Part shown: piece after piece, positions 9,672-18,001 of the stretch
How the letters are laid out: every line of letters starts with the position of its first letter
How positions within the stretch are numbered: position 1 is the stretch's first letter
Source: Candidatus Latescibacterota bacterium
Lineage (GTDB): Bacteria; Latescibacterota; UBA2968; GCA-2709665
DNA length: 64,000 nt
Direction of reading: 5' to 3'
Assembly: GCA_965237675.1 (NCBI GenBank)
Contig: OZ250150.1
Coordinates: forward strand, 736,001 to 800,000
Translations under genes and position numbers: made by a program
Notes under the pieces: model-generated
Told to the model about the DNA's origin: nothing
The model's database searches: none
What the model saw: the letters and a program-made list of their open reading frames with translations, nothing else

Positions 9672-10475
9672 ATGGAGTTGGAATGGCTGGATGCGATCAC
9701 CCGGGATACGGACCTCGTCGTACCCAAACCGATAGCCACCAGGGAGGGTGAATTACTGACGGTCGCCTCGACGTCCGGAATCCCGGAACCGAGAGTCTGC
9801 GCGCTTTTCCGGTGGGTGAAGGGCCGGTTTTGCGGCCAGCGCGACCTGACCGGGGGACATCTGGAAAGGGTCGGCCGCCTTATGGGCCGATTGCATTGCC
9901 ACGCCGCGGGCTTCGTCCCCCCGCCCGGCTTTACGCGCATGCGCTGGGACGCAGGGGGTCTGCTCGGTGGTGTCAACGGTGGAACGATCGATCTCGCAAA
10001 AGCAATGCTCGATCCGCAAAGACTAGCCATTGTCGACCGGGCAGAATCGATTACGCGCAGCGCGATGGCGCAACTGGGAGAGGATTCGTCCGTGTTCGGT
10101 CTCATACACGGGGATCTGCACCAGATGAACTACGTATTCCTGAAGGGAGAAGCGCGCGCCCTCGACTTCGACGACTGCGGATGGGGCTACTTTCTCGGCG
10201 ATATGGGTGCTACCCTCGGCCCGCTGGTCAGCCGGACCGATTTCGCCTCGCTGCGCGCCGCCTTCCTTCACGGATACAGGAGCGTCCGACCCCTTGATGC
10301 CGGCCACGAGCGAATGCTGACCTCCTTCCTGATCGCAGACCGACTGAGGATCGCCCTGTGGATGTCCGGCCGATCGGACAACCCGGACCTGCGGGACAGT
10401 ATCGAGGGATTCGTACGGGACCGGGTCGACCAGATTGACGAAATGATGCGCTGGAGACCCAATGTCTTCGAGTAA
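9672..10475 (+). CDS. Phosphotransferase (APH / homoserine kinase type II-like), probably 5'-truncated
   Basis: LIHGDLHQMN and ALDFDDCGWG motifs. It begins at ELEWL, where homologues have a preceding N-lobe segment. Confidence 0.8.
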   Translation: MELEWLDAITRDTDLVVPKPIATREGELLTVASTSGIPEPRVCALFRWVKGRFCGQRDLTGGHLERVGRLMGRLHCHAAGFVPPPGFTRMRWDAGGLLGGVNGGTIDLAKAMLDPQRLAIVDRAESITRSAMAQLGEDSSVFGLIHGDLHQMNYVFLKGEARALDFDDCGWGYFLGDMGATLGPLVSRTDFASLRAAFLHGYRSVRPLDAGHERMLTSFLIADRLRIALWMSGRSDNPDLRDSIEGFVRDRVDQIDEMMRWRPNVFE

Positions 10476-11433
10476 CCCGACGCCATTGGTTATAAGTATC
10501 CAACAGAGTCGGGCGACGCTTGCCATCCGTGCGACCTTTAACGGGGAAATTCAGGCGTATACCGTTCCTGAGAGGCAAAGGGTATGCGCAAGATTGAAAA
10601 CCATATACAGATTGCTGAATCCCTGGTCATCCTTTTTGGGTGAAATTCATGACTGCTACATCCGCGTCAGGAAGGCAGCCGGACGCCCGGACATTCACGC
10701 CTTGCTCACTGAAGTCGGCCAGCATTTGTACGCCCCAGTTCATCCGTGGATAGAACCCGCTTCGGAAATTGAGATAGTGCTGGATGAGGAGTGTATTGAC
10801 TATCCCCTGGACGCGCTCTATTACCAGGGTAGGCCTCTATTTTTGCATAAACCCGTTACGTACAGTTTGCACACGCACAGCGACACCGTACTTGCAGTCT
10901 CGGAGCAGTGGAAGGGCCTGCTGATTTCGCATCAGACGTCTGACCCCGAACGGGCCGTTCTGGCGGTCAAGACACTCTTCCCCGGTTCCATCTATTATGA
11001 CGACCTGGACGTCCGCCTCGACGATCTGAAAAACATCGCCGCAGCTGATTTCGTGCTAATCAGCGGTCACGGGGGACCAAAGTCGGGAATTGATCTGGAA
11101 CACATTCGGATTCGCCCCGAGACGCTTGTACAAATGGCGCCCGAACTTGTGTATCTGGACTCCTGCCGTTTAGGTTTACATCTAGGCTTTTTGGAAGACC
11201 TGCACCGATCAGGCACACGGTATTATCTCGCCCCGATTCTGAATAACGAATCGGGCGAGTCCTCCACAAGGACAATCAAGCGGTTCTTCGGTGCTTTGCA
11301 CGAAGGCGAATCTCCGTCGAGCGCACTCTTCCTTGCGCGCAAGAAACTGTATGAACACTACACATCTCTGGGGGACGATTTTAATTTGGTGATGATACGT
11401 GCATTCCCTTTCAGAGTTTATCGGCTAAACTGA
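10462..11433 (+). CDS. Stand-alone CHAT (caspase-like, clan CD) domain protein
   Basis: YPLDAL, LISGHGG (His) and VYLDSC (Cys) motifs. The C-terminus RFFGALHEGESPSSALFLARKKL...AFPFRVY is typical of CHAT domains. Confidence 0.7.
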   Translation: MSSSNPTPLVISIQQSRATLAIRATFNGEIQAYTVPERQRVCARLKTIYRLLNPWSSFLGEIHDCYIRVRKAAGRPDIHALLTEVGQHLYAPVHPWIEPASEIEIVLDEECIDYPLDALYYQGRPLFLHKPVTYSLHTHSDTVLAVSEQWKGLLISHQTSDPERAVLAVKTLFPGSIYYDDLDVRLDDLKNIAAADFVLISGHGGPKSGIDLEHIRIRPETLVQMAPELVYLDSCRLGLHLGFLEDLHRSGTRYYLAPILNNESGESSTRTIKRFFGALHEGESPSSALFLARKKLYEHYTSLGDDFNLVMIRAFPFRVYRLN

Positions 11434-11476
11434 TTGCGAGCCAACTCGAACGCAATCGCTTGAGCGGGAGAAAGAT

Positions 11477-11893
11477 ATGTGCGACGCTTCGATCGTCTAC
11501 AGTGAGGCCCGGGACATACCGCTCGATGCCCTATTGAGGCTCTACTCGGCCAATGAATGGTCTTCCGCGAACAAGCCGAACGAGCTTCACGATGCATTGA
11601 TGAACTCCCACTCTCTGCTGACGGCGTGGGATGGCGTCCGCCTTGTCGGGCTGGGCAATGCCATTTCGGACGGGCATCTCGTTGTCTATTATCCGCACCT
11701 GCTGGTGGATCCCGAATACCAGGGTAAAGGAATCGGATCGGAATTGATGAGAAGACTGAAGGCTATCTACGAAGGCTTCCACCAGCACGTGCTGATTGCG
11801 GATGGAAGGGCGATCGATTTCTACGAAAGATGCGGCTTCACCAGGGCCGGCAAGACAGAGCCGATGTGGATCTACGCGGGAAAGGACCATTAA
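11477..11893 (+). CDS. GNAT-family N-acetyltransferase
   Basis: LLVDPEYQGKGIGSELM and AIDFYERCGF motifs. Confidence 0.93.
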   Translation: MCDASIVYSEARDIPLDALLRLYSANEWSSANKPNELHDALMNSHSLLTAWDGVRLVGLGNAISDGHLVVYYPHLLVDPEYQGKGIGSELMRRLKAIYEGFHQHVLIADGRAIDFYERCGFTRAGKTEPMWIYAGKDH

Positions 11894-11896
11894 GCG

Positions 11897-13231
11897 ATGG
11901 GCGAAAAAGATTCGGGCAGCGGACGGGTGTCCCCGGCCTTCCGGGCTACCCTTCGACAGGAACTTGACGTCTGGGTGAACGAAGGCGTTGTCGATTCCGA
12001 TCAGTCCGCCGCGATATCCAAACGCTACGGGCTTAACGAGGTCACGGAGAAGTCCGGCGGCATGGTTGTCCAGGCCCTCTATCTGATCGGGGCCTGCCTG
12101 ATCGGCGGGGGCGCGATCAGCTTCGTGGCGTCACGGTGGGAAGAGATCCCCGTGCCCGTGAGAATGGCGCTCCTGTTCAGTACGCTGCTCGCATTCGAGA
12201 TCGCGGGGTTCTACCTCTGGAAGGTGTCCGGGACCCGAAAAAAACTGGGTGAGGTCCTCGTGGTGCTGGGCGGGCTGGTCTTTGGCGCGAACGTGTTTCT
12301 GATCGCGCAGATGTTCAATCTGCACGGCGAACCATACGGGGCCTTCGGGATCTGGGCGCTCGGAACGGCGGTCATTGCCTTTGCGACGATGAGCGGACCA
12401 TGCATGTTACTGACGTGCGTCACGAGCCTTGTCTGGTTCGTCGGACACACCGAGGGGAACCCTCACGTATTCTGCTGGTATCCTCTCGTGATCGTGGTTG
12501 CCGGTCTTCCGTTTCTGAAGCGTCGCAGCACGCCGGCCTTCGCCGGCGTGATCCTGGCGGCAGGGGCGGCGATTCCGGTATGCGCGGGGTTCGACAGCGG
12601 CGAATCCTGGCCGGCCGCCCTCGCCGTTGCGGGAACCGCCACGCTGGTCTTCGGCGTGGGCCTCCGGTTGGAAAGGATCGAATCGGCCCGGCTTATGGGG
12701 GTCATTGCGAGGATTATCGGGATGGCCGGAATTCTGCTTCTGGCGTATGTGATGTCGTTTCGAGAAGTCGCGAGCGAACTTGCGAAACACCCGTGGGGTT
12801 CAACCGGTTGGTTGTGGACGGTACCCTTCGGTCTGGTCTGCCTGGCGGCAATTGCAGTCTGGAACTCTGTGATTCGGACGCCGCCATCGAGAGACGAACT
12901 GAGACACCGCTCGAAAGCGGTCGTCCTTGCCGGCGTTCTGCTGGCCGCGGGCACGTTGACGATGCAGCCCGTCGGATTCATTCTCGCGGCTCACCTGGCT
13001 GTCGCCGCAATCGGTGCGAGCTTGCTCTATACGGCGGTCAAGATTCATCGACGGACATCTTTCTGGACGGGTCTGTTGCTCCTGTCGTGGGTCGTCTTTC
13101 ACAACTTCATTCAGTGGGAATCCCACCTGCTCCTCAAATCATTCGTCTTCATCGCCTGCGGTATCGGGGTGATTTTCGGAGGAATCCGGTTCGAGCGGCA
13201 TCTCAAACAGGGGGGCGCCGGAAATGGTTAA
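11897..13231 (+). CDS. DUF2157-family membrane protein
   Basis: LRQELDVWVNEGVV...ISKRY, then IGACLIGGGAISFVASRWEEI and FGANVFLIAQMFNL; many TM helices. Confidence 0.88.
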   Translation: MGEKDSGSGRVSPAFRATLRQELDVWVNEGVVDSDQSAAISKRYGLNEVTEKSGGMVVQALYLIGACLIGGGAISFVASRWEEIPVPVRMALLFSTLLAFEIAGFYLWKVSGTRKKLGEVLVVLGGLVFGANVFLIAQMFNLHGEPYGAFGIWALGTAVIAFATMSGPCMLLTCVTSLVWFVGHTEGNPHVFCWYPLVIVVAGLPFLKRRSTPAFAGVILAAGAAIPVCAGFDSGESWPAALAVAGTATLVFGVGLRLERIESARLMGVIARIIGMAGILLLAYVMSFREVASELAKHPWGSTGWLWTVPFGLVCLAAIAVWNSVIRTPPSRDELRHRSKAVVLAGVLLAAGTLTMQPVGFILAAHLAVAAIGASLLYTAVKIHRRTSFWTGLLLLSWVVFHNFIQWESHLLLKSFVFIACGIGVIFGGIRFERHLKQGGAGNG

Positions 13232-13862
13232 GAGATATCTCTGGTTCGCCGCCGCGCTGATCGCGCAGATCGGAATCCTGGCCGCGCTGCCCCTGAATCG
13301 AGGGGATTCGGGAAGGGAAATCTGGCTCCCGGCGAAGGCCACGAATCTTCAACATGTGATGCGCGGCGCCGGCATCCGCATCGAGTATAAATTCGCACGG
13401 ACCGAAGCACATCGCAAACGGGGTGAGACGGTTTACGTCACGTTGAGTATGCAGGCGGATTCCACGTGGGCCGTTGAAAGAACGGGACCGGGGAAACCTT
13501 CAGAGGTTTCTCCGGGAGAGGTCGTGATCCGCGGCAAGACCGCGCATCGATGGGTTCCCATTCACGTTCGTCTTCGACGGGCGGCCTCCGGAGAATGGAT
13601 CGCGGATTCGGTGGTGGCCGGGCAGGAGGACGGACCCTTCGGTTACGGAGAGACGGACCAGACCGTCGCAAGCGGATCGTTCAGGGAGAGATACGTAAAC
13701 TTCGGGATCGGATACTACAATGTGCCGGAGAGATTGCGCAAGCCGATCGTCGAAGACATCATGCAACATCCGGATGAATTCGCAGCGCTCGTCCAGGTCG
13801 ACCCGAATGGTCGCGCGTCGCTCCTTGGTTTCAGAGTTCAGGATCGGGAGTTCAGATTCTAA
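13224..13862 (+). CDS. GDYXXLXY-family-like membrane-anchored protein with a degenerate motif
   Basis: Usual partner of DUF2157, overlapping it by 8 nt. N-terminal TM, GREIWL, GETVYVTL, FGIGYYNVPE. The motif position reads GAGIRIEY. Confidence 0.7.
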   Translation: MVKRYLWFAAALIAQIGILAALPLNRGDSGREIWLPAKATNLQHVMRGAGIRIEYKFARTEAHRKRGETVYVTLSMQADSTWAVERTGPGKPSEVSPGEVVIRGKTAHRWVPIHVRLRRAASGEWIADSVVAGQEDGPFGYGETDQTVASGSFRERYVNFGIGYYNVPERLRKPIVEDIMQHPDEFAALVQVDPNGRASLLGFRVQDREFRF

Positions 13863-13918
13863 TCCTTTAATCTTGGGGCATATATACTTAATTTGACAGA
13901 AAACGAAGGAGTGGATCA

Positions 13919-14458
13919 ATGACTGATTTTGAGTGTAGAGATGCAGTTGAGTCTATAAAAAAAAGAATGGATAGACAGGCTGAAAAATGGAGTGCTTTTT
14001 GGAAAGAGAGCGAAAGAGGATTTGCTGTTCTTGCGTGTTCGTATTTTGAATCTTTTTTGGAAGAGGCAATAGATGAGGCTCTAAGTTGTCTTCCAGAGAA
14101 GATGAAAGGATATCTTCGTGGGCAGTATGGTGGAAAGACGGGCTTATTTAAGAAGATTTGTTTTGCTTATACTGTTGGTCTATTGAATGAGGAAATGTTT
14201 CGTGGTCTAATAACTGCCACAGACATTCGGAATAAATTCGCGCATGGAAAAGATCGGCTATCTTTTGATGACAAAGAGATATTTGATGAATTAGAAAAAC
14301 TTAAGTTTGTGGGGAATTGGGCGTTAAATTGGCAGCAATATGGTGGTTTTTTCACTGTGGCGGAAGAGGAGATACGGGAGAACGTAAAGCATGTTAGAGA
14401 GCACTATAAGAACCGGCCCCATAGGATTTCCAGAGCAAGGACATTCTTTGGACAATGA
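13919..14458 (+). CDS. MtlR-like (mannitol-repressor-like) protein, AT-rich
   Basis: ESERGFAVLACSYFE...KICFAYTVGLL...DIRNKFAH; AAGGAG RBS; GC content clearly below the flanks. Confidence 0.65.
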   Translation: MTDFECRDAVESIKKRMDRQAEKWSAFWKESERGFAVLACSYFESFLEEAIDEALSCLPEKMKGYLRGQYGGKTGLFKKICFAYTVGLLNEEMFRGLITATDIRNKFAHGKDRLSFDDKEIFDELEKLKFVGNWALNWQQYGGFFTVAEEEIRENVKHVREHYKNRPHRISRARTFFGQ

Positions 14459-14505
14459 AAACCAGTGTCAAGTTAAGTATATTAAGCCCTTAATTTTCAG
14501 AAACC

Positions 14506-14541
14506 GAAACTTACATGAATGCACAGGATCGGCAGGACAAA
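14506..14541 (+). repeat. Dispersed repeat; second copy inverted at 32612-32647
   Basis: GAAACTTACATGAATGCACAGGATCGGCAGGACAAA versus the reverse complement of 32612-32647 (GAAATTAACTTGGATGGACAGGATCGACAGGATAAA): 29/36 identical. Confidence 0.6.
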
Positions 14542-14922
14542 AACTAAATGCGGGTTAAGTGCCAGGGGCGGGACAAATGCTCACTGTTCCGGGCTAAAGC
14601 GAGGAATCCTTACCTCTGTAGACCGCGCAATATCACACTGACCAGTCAGATTCCGCGTTTCTTGTAGATGCTGTCGTACAAGACTTCGCTGGGTCTAAAA
14701 AAATAAAACCGATAATTCAACACAACCACCGGTCTTTGTAAATTGTCCACCTTAATAGTGAACCCTCGCGAAACAGGCATGAGAATTCAACTGAATTCCA
14801 AACCTGGTGGGAGGAGAGTATTCGAAATATGTTCTCTGGGGCGCCGTTTGGATCAATCGTAAGATATCCGTAAACGGGAAATTCGGCAGAGTTGGAAATC
14901 TAATATTAAAGGAGAGACGACC

Positions 14923-15300
14923 ATGAAACTGCTTACACTTTGTCTAACCGCCGTATTCGTCGCATTTTCGGCGCAGGAAATGCAAGCCGAAGACCGTGTT
15001 TCGAAACTCGAAAAGCGCATTATCGAGTTGGAACTTCGAGTTGCGAAACTAGAAAAGTTGTTAAGCGCAACGCAATCCGAACCTACCATACAGATCAAGC
15101 CCGGCAATTACCAAAAAATGGCAAACTGGCGGCGGCTAAGAGTGGGAATGACCAAAGCTCAGGTTAAGGCAATCCTTGGAGATCCCCCACGTCGCAGAGT
15201 ATCTCCGATAGGATTCGACTATTGGTATTATCCTGACGAATTAGGGGCACGGGTTCAATTTGATAGGTCTGGCAAGCTTTCAGGTTGGGACGAGCCTTAA
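14923..15300 (+). CDS. Secreted protein with a coiled coil and a SmpA/OmlA (BamE)-like domain
   Basis: Signal peptide, heptad stretch RVSKLEKRIIELELRVAKLEKLL, and LRVGMTKAQVKAILGDP...WYY; AAAGGAG RBS. Confidence 0.8.
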   Translation: MKLLTLCLTAVFVAFSAQEMQAEDRVSKLEKRIIELELRVAKLEKLLSATQSEPTIQIKPGNYQKMANWRRLRVGMTKAQVKAILGDPPRRRVSPIGFDYWYYPDELGARVQFDRSGKLSGWDEP

Positions 15301-15620
15301 CCATCCGAAGAGACACGATAAGAGATCGAAGAAACCACAGGCCACCCGCCAGTGGGACTTAAAGTTACATCTCGCAAATGGCCGAAATCCTCATATACGC
15401 GTGAAATTTGCAATCGATGGTTCCACAGTAAATAGATGTTTCACTTATCCGGAATGGAGCTTTTCGCGTAGTATTCTGCATGACTCTCTTGCTTTCGCTG
15501 TCAGTCTGAAGTCTAAAAAGAGAGATGGCCTCAAGGGCTCGCGCCCCATGAGGCCATCTGTGTTATATGCTGGATTTCGTTTCCTGAATCTATCCGAATT
15601 CTTCTACCGTCTGGTGTGCA

Positions 15621-15788
15621 TTATTCCTCGTTCGTACCTTCCGAAGGAGGAGGACTCTTGAAAAACGTTCCCTTTGATTCTTCCTCCCTTATCCATCTGA
15701 CGAATCTCTCTTCGGCCTCCCGTCGCCCTCTTTTGCGCCCTCTGTTGAATTGCCACTTTCTGACCGTTTCCGTTAACGCACCCGCCAT
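15621..15788 (-). CDS. Small hypothetical protein (55 aa), not in the ORF track
   Basis: MAGALTETVRKWQFNRGRKRGRREAEERFVRWIREEESKGTFFKSPPPSEGTNEE*, with AGAGG 9 nt upstream. Confidence 0.5.
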   Translation of the reverse strand: MAGALTETVRKWQFNRGRKRGRREAEERFVRWIREEESKGTFFKSPPPSEGTNEE

Positions 15789-15838
15789 GTCAAGTGCCTC
15801 TATGGTAAAGAAGGAAATGACAACTGAACACTATAATC

Positions 15839-16420
15839 TTAACTACGGATAGTAGCGTATTCACCAGTACTTAATCTCCTTAAAATCTCTCGTCCAGCAG
15901 CACCTACTATAAAATCCTTATCGCCAGGTCTTGCCATTACGATCTTACCCATTGGCTCGATACTTCTATCAGAATTTGTTGGAGGGCAACGCTCGCATAC
16001 AAATGTCGTTTGCACGAAATCAAATGACGGTACAAGCTATGCATCGCAAATTGGACAGTAGCACCAAAGATTTGAGATCCCATTTCCAGACCATTGCCAA
16101 CGCCATTTAACTCCATAAATGGTGTCTTCTGTATAATTCCGAAATGAAGGTGTCTTGCTAGCTTGTTTTCTTAAACGTAGTTTAATAGAGCGAAATAAAC
16201 CGGCAATTACAAGAACCACAACAATTAAGATTAACCATACTGGTACTGCATAATCCGTAACTAATATTCGCCCTAACCACAAAACACAACTCCAAACCCA
16301 CCACAATAAATCTAAGAAAAACTCACGTACCAATGGTAACAGAATTATACCACCAACTGTCGTACCAATTATCGTTACAAGAATCCCATTTCGAACAGTG
16401 TATGGTTGTTTATCAGGCAT
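15839..16420 (-). pseudogene. Membrane protein with a CxxC...CxxC zinc ribbon, interrupted by an in-frame TAG
   Basis: ...NLWCYCPICDA*(TAG 16037-16039)LVPSFDFVQTTFVCERC...GREILRRLSTGEYATIRS*. The second CxxC pair lies after the stop. Confidence 0.7.
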
Positions 16421-16522
16421 ATTTCTTCCAAACTATCTCCTACCTCAACACCCATCGCTATCGGAAGGCGTTTCGAAGATTGTACTTTGAGGTTCGAATT
16501 GGGTCAATTTGCGAGATTTCCG

Positions 16523-16711
16523 TTATTTCGCCGATCTGATACTTTCGAGCAAGTCACGCAAGGAATATGCTCCACCCACGGCGAGGATTGTTAAGGCACC
16601 CTCCGCCAACTCACCTTCGCCGAAAAGTCCGACAGCTGCGACCGTAAGAAACCACGCGATGATCACAGCAGCCGCACCCTTCGCCGACAACCTGATTCTT
16701 GGAAGTCGCAT
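16523..16711 (-). CDS. Small two-TM hypothetical protein (62 aa)
   Basis: MRLPRIRLSAKGAAAVIIAWFLTVAAVGLFGEGELAEGALTILAVGGAYSLRDLLESIRSAK; GAGGTG RBS. Confidence 0.55.
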   Translation of the reverse strand: MRLPRIRLSAKGAAAVIIAWFLTVAAVGLFGEGELAEGALTILAVGGAYSLRDLLESIRSAK

Positions 16712-16897
16712 AATGACACCTCTATATGCTTGTTTTTCCAGATACACCTGAGCATATGTGAAGGTAGGAATCAGTCAAATGAAATTCCGCTTGAGACTGT
16801 GAACAGAAAATGTGCATTTTATATGTAGTTACTCTACATTTATCAAGGCGTTGCAGACACTTATCCCGTTGAATTGCAACTGGAAGATGGACAATTC

Positions 16898-17635
16898 ATG
16901 GCTCAAATACACTACACCCTTAAAGATCTACTGGACGACAAGAATGCTGAACTGTACGAGACCTTGGTCGCAAGGGTGAAGATAAACCTCAAGGTTAGTA
17001 ATGATGACTGTTGGACATCTGTGCTATCAGAAAACGTCGCATGTATCGGAGTACTCGATTCCGCATATCCAGCAGCCTGTTTCTCGCACGAGCTCTTGCA
17101 CATTAAACTCGAACTTGATGGAATGACCCGTCCATTTTTCATTGACAACGAAGACTTCGGCGAATTTGGCAGTGAGCTTATCTCGTTTCTGTACAACGAA
17201 CTCGCCCACCACAAGATGTATCCGGAATTCTTGGAAATGGGGTATTCACCAGAACAGTTCCTTTACGACTCTGACAGAAAGGATCTACGAAGAAGGTTAA
17301 GGCAGGATGTCCCGAAACTCGAACGGAGATGCAGGAAACAGAGTGGCAAGTTACAGGGTGGGCTAGCGGTCTTGATGCCATATCTGATTCTTAAGAGTCC
17401 AAATGACGCCGATAGGCCTATGCTCAGCATCGGAGAGAGGCTTGTGAAGATCGGCGACCCGCGTTTACTGTCTGGTGTAGACAAAGTTCTCGACACTTGG
17501 GTAAAGGCTCCGACTCTTGATTGCTGTCTCAGTCTCGCTCAACTCTTCAAGCTGGCAGGACGCCCCCGAATCGGATTCAGTCTAACTAAATCGTATAATG
17601 ACCTAATTAAAGCCGCGAATGTCGAGATTGACTAA
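16898..17635 (+). CDS. Hypothetical protein with an HExxH zincin-like motif
   Basis: FSHELLHIKL followed by NELAHHKMY. Start taken at ATG 16898. Confidence 0.65.
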   Translation: MAQIHYTLKDLLDDKNAELYETLVARVKINLKVSNDDCWTSVLSENVACIGVLDSAYPAACFSHELLHIKLELDGMTRPFFIDNEDFGEFGSELISFLYNELAHHKMYPEFLEMGYSPEQFLYDSDRKDLRRRLRQDVPKLERRCRKQSGKLQGGLAVLMPYLILKSPNDADRPMLSIGERLVKIGDPRLLSGVDKVLDTWVKAPTLDCCLSLAQLFKLAGRPRIGFSLTKSYNDLIKAANVEID

Positions 17636-18001
17636 GGTAGTTCAATCGCACTGAACAATTCCATTGAAGATTGCCTTTACCACCTTCTCAACGGCCTCGC
17701 AGGCCAAATACGAGAGAATTAATGGAACGTGATCACGACACAGTCGCGCCTTTACCCAAAAACAGCACGCCCGGTCAACACCCGGTGCAGAGAACAAGAA
17801 AACCCACTAATGGTGTATGCTGTATGTGGCCTCGGTAGATTGCCTTCGCCGCCGAATGGGGCGGCAACGAAGAGCATCTCCTCGTTGATTCAGGCGTTTA
17901 AAGGCAACGATCAACCCGCAACTGTGGCTTTATGACCCGATGACGTCCGGGTCCCGTTCACCACGCACCAGATTTCGCCGGATCTGCCCCTCCTTCCGTA
18001 C

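Noticed and set aside
8932-16039. Amber (TAG) recoding or pyrrolysine, suggested by two in-frame TAGs at 8932 and 16037
   Set aside because: TAG is the normal stop of intact genes here (e.g. ends at 18002, 32669, 51210, 61879). Both cases lie in a decaying island, and no pyl genes are seen.
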